DNA from: Kribbella sp.
GTDB taxonomy: Bacteria > Actinomycetota > Actinomycetes > Propionibacteriales > Kribbellaceae
Direction: 5' to 3'
Assembly: GCA_035759015.1 (NCBI GenBank)
Contig: DASTVQ010000068.1
Location: 10,526 to 74,525, forward strand
Length of the DNA stretch: 64,000 nucleotides
The position numbers were made by a program, and so were the translations under genes. The notes under the pieces are model-generated. The model ran no database searches. It saw only the letters and a program-made list of their open reading frames with translations, and was not told where the DNA came from. Every line of letters begins with the position of its first letter. Position 1 is the stretch's first letter. This document shows, piece after piece, positions 1-9,007 of this stretch.

Positions 1-1012
1 CGCCCGCGGCCAGCGCCAGGCCGACCGCCTCCTCCTTGTCCCCGAAGGAGGCGTGCCACCCGGCGGCAGCTCGCCGTACGGAGGTGGCCCGGGCCGGATC
101 GGTCGTCTCGAGGCGGTGCAGCAGGGCGGCTCGGAAGGTGCGCTGGTGGCGGTACCACCTCCCCGCTCCGTCGTCCGACACCAGGAACAAGGCATCGCGG
201 CGCAGGCGGTCGATGAAGCCCGCGGCATCCTTGCCGCCACGGATCGCGTCCATCAAGGACACGTCGAAGCGGTGCGGTACCGCGGACTCCAGCAGGAACT
301 GGCGGAACTCGGGCTCGAGCCCGGCCCAGACGTGCTCGAGCAAGTAGTCCGTGAGAGTCGAACCGGTCAGCAACAACCCACCGGCCCAGCCTTCGGTCTC
401 CTCGGCCAGTCGCTCCAGCTCGGTGGGGCTGGGGCTCTTGCCGAGGTTCGACAACAGCTCCTCGGCTTCCTCGGGGGAGAAGCGAAGGTCCGACCACGTG
501 AGGATGGCCAACCGGTCCGCGAGGTGGAGCCGCTCCAGTCGCAGCGGTGGCCGGGCGCGGCCCGCGATGACGAGCACCAGGTCGTTGCCGCTAGCACGGA
601 TCAGCAGGTCCAGCTGGCGATGGATGCCGGGTGCGACCAGGTGCTCGTACTCGTCCAGGACGAGCACCGGTCGTGATCCTCGCGCCTTGAGGTCATCGGC
701 CAGCGCGGCCACGAAGGCGTCGCTGCCGGGCTGGTGCGGGTGTGCGGTGATGCCGAGGCTGGTGGCGACGTACCGCCAGAACTGCGTCGGGTCGTTGTCC
801 TGCTGGTCGAGCGTGATCCAGGCCGCCTCCCGGGTACGGGACCAATGGGTCAGGGCGGCCGTCTTGCCGGAGCCGCTCGGGCCGACCAGCAAGACGACGA
901 CCGACTTCCGCACGGCCGAGTTCAGCAGAGCCTCGATCCGCGGGCGGGAGACCAGCGGTGCCAGGGGCACGGGCGCTCGGAGTTTCGCCGCCACCAGGTC
1001 CGCTGCCTCCAC
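1..1012 (-). CDS. MalT/LuxR-type ATP-dependent transcriptional regulator, N-terminal part (runs off window edge)
   Basis: Own translation from GTG 1012: AKLRAP...LVSRPRI, Walker A GPSGSGKT (about 861-885), WITLDQQDNDPTQFW, Walker B VLVLDEY, EGWAGGL; open to position 1. Confidence 0.85.
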   Translation of the reverse strand, partial: MEAADLVAAKLRAPVPLAPLVSRPRIEALLNSAVRKSVVVLLVGPSGSGKTAALTHWSRTREAAWITLDQQDNDPTQFWRYVATSLGITAHPHQPGSDAFVAALADDLKARGSRPVLVLDEYEHLVAPGIHRQLDLLIRASGNDLVLVIAGRARPPLRLERLHLADRLAILTWSDLRFSPEEAEELLSNLGKSPSPTELERLAEETEGWAGGLLLTGSTLTDYLLEHVWAGLEPEFRQFLLESAVPHRFDVSLMDAIRGGKDAAGFIDRLRRDALFLVSDDGAGRWYRHQRTFRAALLHRLETTDPARATSVRRAAAGWHASFGDKEEAVGLALAAG

Positions 1013-1053
1013 ACCCCTACGGTAGAAGCAACGCCGACCGCCCCGAACGGGGA

Positions 1054-1545
1054 CTACTTGCCGGCGATGACCCACGGGTCGCCGGTGAACCAGACGTTGT
1101 CGATGTGGACGTGCCGCATCAGCCAGCGCGACCCGTCACGCACCAGCTCGACGTCGTACAGGTTCTTCAGCAGGGCATGCCGGGTGTGGTCGTCCTTCGG
1201 CAGGTGCTGAGCCTCCACGATCGCGGTGAGCCGGGCGGTGTCGCCGTCGATCTCCGTCCGGGCGTTCGAGACGACATGGGTGGTGTCGATCCGGGTCTCC
1301 GGGTTCAGGATGATGCCGACGATCGTGTCCCGTCCGTCCATGAGCGGGATGTCGAGGCCACACTTCGTCGCCGCCGGCCGGAAGTCCAGGACGGCATCCT
1401 CGGCGAAGGCGGAGGCGAACAGCTCACGGTCGCGCAGGTCCTGCCCGAGCCCGAACCGGTACAGCGCGTCGATTGCCTCCTCCCGGTCGATCAGCTGACC
1501 GAGCTGGTTGCCCGGTCCGAACGCGTGGTGCCTGGTCACGTACAT
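1054..1545 (-). CDS. SnoaL-like / NTF2-fold protein
   Basis: ATG 1545 with AGGAGG RBS; IDALYRFGLGQD, FAEDAVLDF, TTHVVSNARTEIDGDTA pattern. Confidence 0.85.
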   Translation of the reverse strand: MYVTRHHAFGPGNQLGQLIDREEAIDALYRFGLGQDLRDRELFASAFAEDAVLDFRPAATKCGLDIPLMDGRDTIVGIILNPETRIDTTHVVSNARTEIDGDTARLTAIVEAQHLPKDDHTRHALLKNLYDVELVRDGSRWLMRHVHIDNVWFTGDPWVIAGK

Positions 1546-1705
1546 CGCCGTTCCTCCTGATGGCTGTGGTGATGAGATCTGCACCCAGTCAGCCGCATGG
1601 GCGGAGGTGGTCCCCAGGGAGTGCGCGGGTGATTCGGCCCGGCGAGGGGGTGAACCGGACCCCCAGCAGCCTCTACACCCGCTGACGGTCAGGACACTGG
1701 GTCCC

Positions 1706-2350
1706 ATGACGACCCTGGAGCTGACCCCGGACGAACTGCTCACCACCACCCGCTCGGTACGCAAACGCCTGGATCTCGAACGACCCGTGCCGATGGAGTT
1801 GGTGCGTGAGTGCTTGGAGATCGCGCTGCAGGCGCCCTCGGGCAGCAACCGTCAGTCCTGGCACTGGGTCGTCGTGACCGACGCAGACAAGCGAGCGGCG
1901 ATCGGGGAGTACTACCGCCGCTCTGTCTCTGCATACCTGGCCTCGCCAGGCGCCGCCGGAAGCCTGTACGCCGACGATCCCGACCGGGCGCCGGTGCAGC
2001 GTCGGGTGGGGTCCAGCGTCGCGTACCTGGGCGAGAAGCTGGGCGAGGTGCCGTTGCTGGTGATTCCATGCATCAAGGCGAGGAAACTGCCGTCGGGTAA
2101 TCAGGCAGGGCTGTGGGGATCGATTCTGCCGGCGGCCTGGAGCTACATGTTGGCAGCAAGGGCGCGAGGGTTGGGTACTGCGTGGACGACGCTGCACCTG
2201 GTCTATGAGGCCGAGATCTCGCAGCTGCTGGGGATCCCGGAGGACGTCAGGCAGGCGGTGCTGATCCCGACGGCCTACCCGATCGGTACATCTTTCAGGC
2301 CGGCCGCGCGCCAACCGCTGGAAGAAGTCCTTCACCTCAACGCCTGGTGA
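1706..2350 (+). CDS. Nitroreductase family protein
   Basis: TTRSVRKRLD, ALQAPSGSNRQSWHWVVV, LAARARGLGTAWT motifs. Confidence 0.9.
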   Translation: MTTLELTPDELLTTTRSVRKRLDLERPVPMELVRECLEIALQAPSGSNRQSWHWVVVTDADKRAAIGEYYRRSVSAYLASPGAAGSLYADDPDRAPVQRRVGSSVAYLGEKLGEVPLLVIPCIKARKLPSGNQAGLWGSILPAAWSYMLAARARGLGTAWTTLHLVYEAEISQLLGIPEDVRQAVLIPTAYPIGTSFRPAARQPLEEVLHLNAW

Positions 2351-2449
2351 GTGCCTCTCGCCGGCAGGGGGTTCTCCTTGGCGCCGTCTGTGGATCGTCC
2401 TCCGCCGATTCGTCGGGTTCGATCACGTGTTCAGGGGTCCCGCAAAGCT

Positions 2450-2535
2450 GCGACGATCGGTCCCAAGTTGCCCCTTAGGCGAGCGACCGGGTCCAGGCAC
2501 GCGACGGGAGGGGGCAACTTGGGACCGATCGTCGC
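2450..2535. repeat. Perfect 25-bp inverted repeat with 36-nt spacer (REP/MITE-like)
   Basis: GCGACGATCGGTCCCAAGTTGCCCC (2450-2474) and its exact reverse complement (2511-2535). Confidence 0.9.
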
Positions 2536-2661
2536 CAATGGCCGCGCGGGGCATTCCCCTGCACGGGACGAACCTGGGGACGTCGGCGGGTGACGCTCGC
2601 CTGAGTCCGTGCCACGCTTGGTACCGGCTGTGATCCGACCATTCGATCGGGGCGCAATGCG

Positions 2662-3936
2662 ATGGACAGCATCACCTTCATCGGTACGGCGACCACGGTG
2701 ATCAGGCTCGGGTCCTTCACCGTGCTCACGGACCCGAACTTCCTGCATCGCGGCCAGCGGGCGTACCTCGGAAAGGGCCTGTGGTCTCGCCGGCTGACCG
2801 ACCCGGCGCTCGGCCCGAGCGAACTTCCTCCACTCGATGCGGTGGTGCTGTCCCACCTGCACGGGGCTCATTTCGACCGGGTCGCTCGACGAACCCTGGA
2901 CAGGTCGGTGCCCGTGATCACCACCGAGCAGGCAGCCAGACGCTTGCGGAGGTATGGATTCGCCGCCCATGGACTGCCGACCTGGGAGCACTGCGAACAG
3001 CGCCACGGGAGCGAGACGCTCACGGTCGAGGCCCTGCCGGCGGTGCACGCGCGTGGCGTGCTGGGAAAGCTGTTGCCACCGGTGATGGGCTCGCTGCTGG
3101 TCTTCCGGGAGGCCGGGCTGGTCCGCCGGCGTGTGTACCTCACCGGCGACACCTTGACCGGTCCGCACCTGGACGAGATCCGGGAGCGGCACCCCGAGGT
3201 GGACGTGGCCGTGACCCACCTTGGCGGCACTCGGATCCTGTTCGCCACGGTGACGATGGATGCCGCTCAGGGAGTCGACTTCCTGCGCCGGATCAGGCCG
3301 CAGTTGACCGTTCCGGTGCACTACGACGACTACCGCGTCTTCCGATCGCCGTTGGGCGACTTCCTGGCGGCGGCCCGCAGGGACAGTGCGGATTGGCAGA
3401 TCGAGACGCCGGCGCGCGGGCAGACCGTCAACCTGCCGGAACATGCCGGACCTGAGCGAGCCGCAAGCGGCGGCTCCGTCGCCGAGCGGGAGGTACTCAA
3501 GGTGTATCAGCGCGTGCCCGGCCGTCAGTTGAGCGTCAGTCGAGTCCTGAACCGCGACGCCAAGGCGGTGTGGGCCGCCGTGACGGATCCGGTCGAGCTG
3601 AGCTCGTGGCTGGGCCCGACCCACGCGAGCGACACGACGTACGGTCTGTTCACAGTCGAGCCGTCAACTGAGTCGTCGTGGTACACGGCCCTGGTGGTGA
3701 CCTGTGATCGTGACCATTCGTACACGATCGATTGGCGGGGCGGCGATTCCAGTCCGGCGCGGCTGGCGGTCGACGTCATCAGCGTCGACGGCGGCACCCT
3801 GCTGAGGGCGACCCAGACTGGGATACCAGCTCACCGGGTGGCGGAGGACGAGCGCCTGTGGAACCAACGGCTTGAGCGACTCGCGTCGCATCTCGGCGCC
3901 GCGGAAGTCCCGTCCGGCTCACCTCCGCGGAGCTGA
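2662..3936 (+). CDS. MBL-fold metallo-hydrolase fused to a C-terminal SRPBCC/AHSA1-like domain
   Basis: FIGTAT, LTDPNF, SHLHGAH, TGDT, PVHYDDY; C-terminal VWAAVTDPVELSSW...WNQRLERLASHL. Confidence 0.8.
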   Translation: MDSITFIGTATTVIRLGSFTVLTDPNFLHRGQRAYLGKGLWSRRLTDPALGPSELPPLDAVVLSHLHGAHFDRVARRTLDRSVPVITTEQAARRLRRYGFAAHGLPTWEHCEQRHGSETLTVEALPAVHARGVLGKLLPPVMGSLLVFREAGLVRRRVYLTGDTLTGPHLDEIRERHPEVDVAVTHLGGTRILFATVTMDAAQGVDFLRRIRPQLTVPVHYDDYRVFRSPLGDFLAAARRDSADWQIETPARGQTVNLPEHAGPERAASGGSVAEREVLKVYQRVPGRQLSVSRVLNRDAKAVWAAVTDPVELSSWLGPTHASDTTYGLFTVEPSTESSWYTALVVTCDRDHSYTIDWRGGDSSPARLAVDVISVDGGTLLRATQTGIPAHRVAEDERLWNQRLERLASHLGAAEVPSGSPPRS

Positions 3937-3945
3937 CCGACCGGC

Positions 3946-4452
3946 TCAGGCACCGGCCGCGACCTCCTCGACGGTCCGGTCCGTCAGCACCGAGCGTGGC
4001 TCGGTCGTGGTCGGCGACGAGGCGGGGTCAGCGGTCTTGTCCCGCACCTTCACCAGCAGCCACGGGCTCCCGTCCTGCTCGCCGGTACGGGTCAGAGCCC
4101 AGCCGCCCTTCAACTTCACGCCATCCAACCAGATTTTGACGTGGCCGTGCTCGACGGCATCAGCCATGGCGATGACCGTGCCTCGTCGATCGGTGGTCAG
4201 ATTTCGATAGGTGCCCAGGTCCCAGACGATGACCGCGCCGCTGCCGTACTGGCTGGAGCCGATGGCCCCTTCGAAGTCCGCGTAGTCCATCGAGTGGTCG
4301 TCGGTAGGGACGGCCAGCCGCTTCTCGGTCGGATCCAGCGACGGTCCGCGGGGAACCGCCCAGGACTTCAGCACACCGTCGACCTCCAGCCGTAGGTCGT
4401 AGTGCAGCCGGCGAGCGGCGTGTTTCTGGATCACGAAGATCGGGTCCGGCAT
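3946..4452 (-). CDS. Stand-alone LigD 3'-phosphoesterase (PE) domain protein
   Basis: FVIQKHAARRLHYDLRLEVDGVLKSWAVPRGPS, KRLAVPTDDH, YGSGAVIVWD; ATG 4452 with GGAGG RBS. Confidence 0.92.
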   Translation of the reverse strand: MPDPIFVIQKHAARRLHYDLRLEVDGVLKSWAVPRGPSLDPTEKRLAVPTDDHSMDYADFEGAIGSSQYGSGAVIVWDLGTYRNLTTDRRGTVIAMADAVEHGHVKIWLDGVKLKGGWALTRTGEQDGSPWLLVKVRDKTADPASSPTTTEPRSVLTDRTVEEVAAGA

Positions 4453-4802
4453 CGAACCTCCCGGAGACTGTGCCGCTTCCATGGTCCCCGACGAGATCCG
4501 GCCTGGGTTCCGCGGCTCTCGGAAACCGATCAGCCGCGCGAGTCCCGGCCCCGACGTCAGCCTCGTAGTCGCGGCTCGGTCTGCCGGCCGCATCGGCGGC
4601 CGGCCCACTCGAGTGGCGCGGGCACTGGTCCGGGTTCTGGTTGACGGCAGCGACAAGCTCGTCGAAGTCGTCGATCAGCGGAAGGTCGGCGGCCGCCCAC
4701 CGGCCGATCACGCCAGAAGCCATTACCAGGTGTTCGCATGACGGTGCAGGTCCGTTCGGCGTGGTGGGCAGATGGACCGGAACCCACCACGCCGATGGAC
4801 TT

Positions 4803-5630
4803 TCAGGCAGCGGCAGGAGTCTCGGTCGGGGGTTCGATCCGATCGCGCAGCCGGTCCAGGATGCCGCGCAGCAGCCGGGAGACCTGCATCTGGCTGACGC
4901 CGATCTCCGCGCCGATGTCGGCCTGGGTGTGACCGTCGACGAACCGCAGCTCGAGGATGCGGCGTTCTCTCGGGGCCAGCTCGCCGAGGACCGGTCCGAG
5001 CATGGCGGCCGCTTCGGAACGCTCGAACGACTGGTCGTCGTCGGCGATGGTGTCGGCCAGGGTCGACGTGGCGTCGCCTTCCACCGGACGGTCGAGGGAC
5101 AGCACCGAGAAGCAACCGTCCGCAGCCATCGCAGCCTCGACTTCGTGGACGTCGGCCTCGATCGCGGCGGCGATCTCCGCCAACGTCGGATCGCGGTGCA
5201 GCTCCTGCACCAGTTGCGGCCGGACGGCCATGATCGTGCCCTGCAGTTCCTGGAGCCGGCGGGGGATCCGGACGGTCCAGGAGCAGTCACGGAAGTACCG
5301 CTTGACCTCGCCGCGGATGGTCGGCACGGCGTAGGCCAGGAACGGCGTGTCCGTGTCGGGACGATAGCTGCGGGCGGCCTTCACCAGACCCAGGTATGCC
5401 ACCTGGTCCAGATCCTCGGTCTCGACCCCGCGGCCGCGAAACCGGCCTGCGATGCTGTGAGCGGTGGCCAGGTTGAGCTCGATGGCCTGCTCGAGAAGGT
5501 TTTGGCGCTCCTCTTCGTCTTCGGACCGCATCCGCCTGACCAAAAGCTCTCTGGTGGCGGCATCTCGACGCTGCTTGGCGTCTGACTCGGTCTTGAAGGA
5601 GCGTACTTCGGATACAGCGTGGACTGACAT
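4803..5630 (-). CDS. SigB/SigF/SigG family RNA polymerase sigma factor
   Basis: EDLDQVAYLGLVKAA, YAVPTIRGEVKRYFRD, region 4 TQADIGAEIGVSQMQVSRLL. Confidence 0.95.
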   Translation of the reverse strand: MSVHAVSEVRSFKTESDAKQRRDAATRELLVRRMRSEDEEERQNLLEQAIELNLATAHSIAGRFRGRGVETEDLDQVAYLGLVKAARSYRPDTDTPFLAYAVPTIRGEVKRYFRDCSWTVRIPRRLQELQGTIMAVRPQLVQELHRDPTLAEIAAAIEADVHEVEAAMAADGCFSVLSLDRPVEGDATSTLADTIADDDQSFERSEAAAMLGPVLGELAPRERRILELRFVDGHTQADIGAEIGVSQMQVSRLLRGILDRLRDRIEPPTETPAAA

Positions 5631-5700
5631 GATGTTTTGACCTCGCGACGTTAGTCACGGCGCGGCACATGTCTGGACCGCGGTCAAAGTTAACCGTTAC

Positions 5701-5725
5701 ATACCCAACCATGAAGCGTCCATGC
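5701..5725 (-). promoter_or_regulatory. Putative SigB/SigF-type promoter of sigma gene 1
   Basis: GCAT-N15-GGGTAT on minus strand, about 70 nt upstream of ATG 5630. Confidence 0.55.
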
Positions 5726-6043
5726 CTGTCATCTCAGGTTTTCCGAGATTCACGCTCCGTAAGATTGCGGAGAGTGATCGCCGCATGGGTGCCGCAGGCA
5801 ATCAAATCGCTGGAACGCCTTGCCTGGCGGGCGAATCGGCTTGACTTTCGACCGACACGAAGGCCCGGCATCGACGCCGACACCCTCGGATGGAAGGGCA
5901 GTAGTCGTGACGGAAAGGATCGGCGCCGCGATCGCGCTGGTCAGTGCCGGGGACCGGCGGGCCGCCCCGCGACCGGCTCACCGCCCTCTGGGACAGCCTG
6001 GCGGCGCTGGCGGTCGATCCACCGACCCGGCCGGGTCGGGCGG

Positions 6044-6916
6044 TCAATCCAGCTCGCGCAGCGCCGCGAGGGCGGCTTCAGGCGTGCGGCCCGTCTTGCG
6101 CCAGCGCAGGGCCCATCCGTACGGCGGGACGTCCGCGGCGAGGGGTCGCACCACCACGCCATCGGGGTACGGCGTCGACAACAGGCTGAGGGCCACGCAC
6201 TCGCCCGCGCGCACCAGCTCCATGGCCGGGCCGGTGCCGTCCGTACTGGCCGGGTGGCGCTTCGGGATGAAACCCGCCGATCGGCAGCAGGCGACGACGA
6301 ACTCGTTCCACTCCGGAGCGAAGTCGTCCCTTGGCAGATAGTGGGTCTCGCCGGTCAGCTCCCGTACGGCGACCGTCCCCGCCACGGCGAGCGGGTGGTC
6401 CGCAGGCAGCGCGACCGCGAGCGCCTCACGCCGGATGATCCGCTGGGCGAGACCGTCGGGCCGGGGGGCAGTGGACCCGCACAGCCCCAGGTCGAGCTCG
6501 CCGGTCAGCAACCGGCGGTTCTGGTCTCGGCTGCCGCGGCTGCTCACCTCGAGCCGGAGTGTCGGCAGCCGGCTTCGTAGCCGGGCGAGGACCGCTCGCG
6601 GGGTGGCCAGCGTGGGCTCCAGCACGTCGATCCGGAGGACCTGGTCGCGTCCTGCAGCGGCCGCTGCCGCCGCCACTCCGGACCTGATCGCGGCGATCGC
6701 GGCACGGGCGTGCGGGAGGAAGGCCTCGCCTGCCGCGGTGAGCGTCACGCCGCGCGGCGAACGCTCGAACAGCTGGGTGCCGAGCTGCGCCTCGAGCCGG
6801 CGGATCTGGTTGCTGAGCGCCGGCTGCGACACGTAGAGCCTGCGCGCCGCGGCCGTGAAGTGCAGTTCCTCGGTCATCACGAGGAAGTACCGCACCAGCC
6901 TCAGATCGATGTCCAT
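6044..6916 (-). CDS. LysR family transcriptional regulator
   Basis: LHFTAAARRLYVSQPALSNQIRRLEAQLGTQLFERSPRGVTLT HTH. Confidence 0.95.
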   Translation of the reverse strand: MDIDLRLVRYFLVMTEELHFTAAARRLYVSQPALSNQIRRLEAQLGTQLFERSPRGVTLTAAGEAFLPHARAAIAAIRSGVAAAAAAAGRDQVLRIDVLEPTLATPRAVLARLRSRLPTLRLEVSSRGSRDQNRRLLTGELDLGLCGSTAPRPDGLAQRIIRREALAVALPADHPLAVAGTVAVRELTGETHYLPRDDFAPEWNEFVVACCRSAGFIPKRHPASTDGTGPAMELVRAGECVALSLLSTPYPDGVVVRPLAADVPPYGWALRWRKTGRTPEAALAALRELD

Positions 6917-7008
6917 CCCTGCCCCCACCTGCGGTCATAACCAGAACCTGTGACGTTAGTGCGACTGTGTCCTGGACGTCGAGCCCGGCTGGCGCCGAAC
7001 GTGATCCC

Positions 7009-7752
7009 ATGACCACACGCCACGAAGGACTCAGAGCGGACTGGGAGCGCCAGCAGGCCGTCCACGCACCCGATCGCGAGCTGCGCTTCGAGCTGATGCT
7101 CGACCACGTGGAGCAGCTCGCCGGCCCGCCCGCGCGGGTGCTCGACCTGGCCTGTGGGCCCGGCTCCATCACTGGGCGGGTGCTGACTCGCTTCCCTGCC
7201 GCCCGAGTCGTCGCCGTTGACATCGATCCGCTGCTGCTGGACCTTGCCCGCGACGCTTTCGCCGGCAACGACCGGGTCGAAGTTCTGAGCCGCCAGCTGG
7301 CCGACCCTGACTGGACCGACGGCCTCCGCCCCGGGTTCGACGCGGTACTCACAGCGACGGCCACGCACTGGTTCCCGGCCCCGTCACTGGCCGGGGTCTA
7401 CGCCGGCGTGGCGACGCTGCTTCGTTCGGGTGGCGTCTTCGCGAATGCGGACCACATTCCGGTGGCCGAGCCGGTCCTACGCGCAGCCGCGGACGGGCTG
7501 CACGAGCGGGACCTGCGGCAGGCGTTCGCAGCCGGCGCGGAGAGCTGTGACGAGTGGTACGACCGTGCCTACGCAGAGCCGTCGTACCAAGGCTGGTGGG
7601 AGGAGCGTCAGCGACTTCTGGCCCATTGGTCCGGTGATCTGCTCGAGCGGGAGGGCTGGCACATCGACCTGCTGCGCCGTAGTGGTTTCGAGCGGGCCGG
7701 GACCGTGTGGCGCCGCGGGAACGACGCTGTTCTCATCGCCGTCCGCGCGTAG
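7009..7752 (+). CDS. Class I SAM-dependent methyltransferase, divergent from LysR
   Basis: VLDLACGPG motif I, VVAVDID, FDAVLTATATHW. Confidence 0.9.
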   Translation: MTTRHEGLRADWERQQAVHAPDRELRFELMLDHVEQLAGPPARVLDLACGPGSITGRVLTRFPAARVVAVDIDPLLLDLARDAFAGNDRVEVLSRQLADPDWTDGLRPGFDAVLTATATHWFPAPSLAGVYAGVATLLRSGGVFANADHIPVAEPVLRAAADGLHERDLRQAFAAGAESCDEWYDRAYAEPSYQGWWEERQRLLAHWSGDLLEREGWHIDLLRRSGFERAGTVWRRGNDAVLIAVRA

Positions 7753-7790
7753 GCTCGAAGTATGGCGGTCCGGACTGCTGTCGGAGTACC

Positions 7791-7815
7791 GCATGCCGGC
7801 GCTGTCCGGGGGTAC
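7791..7815 (+). promoter_or_regulatory. Putative SigB/SigF-type promoter
   Basis: GCAT-N15-GGGTAC, 36 nt upstream of ATG 7852. Confidence 0.5.
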
Positions 7816-7851
7816 TGGCAGACGTTAGGTCAGGGAAGGGAGACCAGTGTC

Positions 7852-8016
7852 ATGACGAACCACCCCGAGGAAACCTCCGCCGGTCACGCGTTCGACGAAC
7901 CGCTGGTGGACGATCTTGTGGACGAGACCCGCGGTCCCGAGGAAGACACCGTGACCGGGGAACATCCGGACCTGCTTCGCGAGGAGGTCGCGGACGACCT
8001 CAAGCCGCGCGACTGA
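7852..8016 (+). CDS. Small acidic hypothetical protein (54 aa)
   Basis: GGGAAGGGAG RBS, ATG, D/E-rich sequence, upstream promoter motif. Confidence 0.6.
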   Translation: MTNHPEETSAGHAFDEPLVDDLVDETRGPEEDTVTGEHPDLLREEVADDLKPRD

Positions 8017-8047
8017 CGAATGGTCGCAAGGGACTGATCCGGTTCCC

Positions 8048-8079
8048 GGCCCCGGCGCTGTCTGCTCAACGCCGGGGCC
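8048..8079. terminator. Hairpin between convergent genes
   Basis: GGCCCCGGCG / CGCCGGGGCC 10-bp stem. Confidence 0.5.
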
Positions 8080-8200
8080 TTGGGCAACCAGTGGTGCTGA
8101 TCATCCGGTGCCCACGACAACGATCGGTATGCGCCGATCACCGCGAATGCGGGGCGTGTCACACGTACAGCCCCACAAGGCGTGACGACCGGTTCGGCCC

Positions 8201-8473
8201 TCAGTCACCGGGCCACTCGCCGGTCCAGTGCTGGAATGCCTTTGCTCCGCCACGATCCACCGCTGCCCTGACGACGGCGAAGACCGCACCCTCCAGGGCG
8301 GCGGCCAAAAGCACGTCACGCCACCGGTGCTCGGACCGGAGGGCGTCCGGCGCGTCGTCCTCGTCGCCGACCAGGCGCCAGACCTGCTTGAACAGAGCCC
8401 CGGCGACCATGCCGGCGACGACTCCGGAGACGAGGCCGAACGGCCGGTAGGCGATCTTCGCCGCCGTGCTCAT
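8201..8473 (-). CDS. DUF4235-like small membrane protein
   Basis: AKIAYRPFGLVSGVVAG...FKQVWR...LLAAALEGAVFAVVRAAVDR...TGEWPG. Confidence 0.8.
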   Translation of the reverse strand: MSTAAKIAYRPFGLVSGVVAGMVAGALFKQVWRLVGDEDDAPDALRSEHRWRDVLLAAALEGAVFAVVRAAVDRGGAKAFQHWTGEWPGD

Positions 8474-8835
8474 CTGCCTCGCCCCGCAACCCACAAAGCG
8501 GCGCCGACGCCGAGCGCGACGGCTCCGGCGACGGCCGCCATCGCGCGAGGATGGCGACGGCTCAGCTCGGGCACCTGGCGCGCGCCCTCGCGGGCTCCGG
8601 CGGTCGCGGTCACCGCTCGATAGCCGACATCCCCGGCCGCCCGCCTCGCTTGGTGCCCCGCCTGACCTGCTGCTCGTACGGCGCGTTGGGCGGCGCCGGC
8701 GGCAGATTCCTTCAGCCGGCGAGGCACGTTCAGCCGGCGGCTGAGCTCCTCGACTGTGTCGGCAAGGCGTTGCCTGGTCTGATCGAGGTCCGCCTGCAAC
8801 GCCTCGGACTCTGCGGTCGTTCGCGTGGTGGTCAT
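8470..8835 (-). CDS. DUF3618 domain protein with C-terminal membrane anchor
   Basis: LQADLDQTRQRLADTVEELSRRL; hydrophobic tail; 4-nt overlap with downstream gene. Confidence 0.8.
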   Translation of the reverse strand: MTTTRTTAESEALQADLDQTRQRLADTVEELSRRLNVPRRLKESAAGAAQRAVRAAGQAGHQARRAAGDVGYRAVTATAGAREGARQVPELSRRHPRAMAAVAGAVALGVGAALWVAGRGR

Positions 8836-8894
8836 GTGTCGGCCTTTCCTTGTGGCTGCCGGCCCCTTGAGAGCCTCGAGGTCATTGCGGCCCG

Positions 8895-8920
8895 GTACCC
8901 CTTGCCACGCTGGGGCAAGC
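8895..8920 (-). promoter_or_regulatory. Putative SigB/SigF-type promoter
   Basis: GCTT-N16-GGGTAC upstream of ATG 8835. Confidence 0.5.
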
Positions 8921-9007
8921 GGGTAGAAGGATATGTGGGGGTCCGCGGCGATAGCCTGCGAACCGGCGGCTCGATCCGCGGACCGCCGCGGCGAGCAGGA
9001 GGTAACG

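Noticed and set aside
2450-2535. CRISPR array or tRNA interpretation of the repeats
   Set aside because: The arms are inverted with only two copies, there are no cas genes and no cloverleaf.
8174-8184. CAC-AAGGC-GTG as an ANTAR target hairpin
   Set aside because: The loop is 5 nt rather than 6, there is no second hairpin, and it lies between convergent genes. I found no convincing dual-hairpin ANTAR site by eye.
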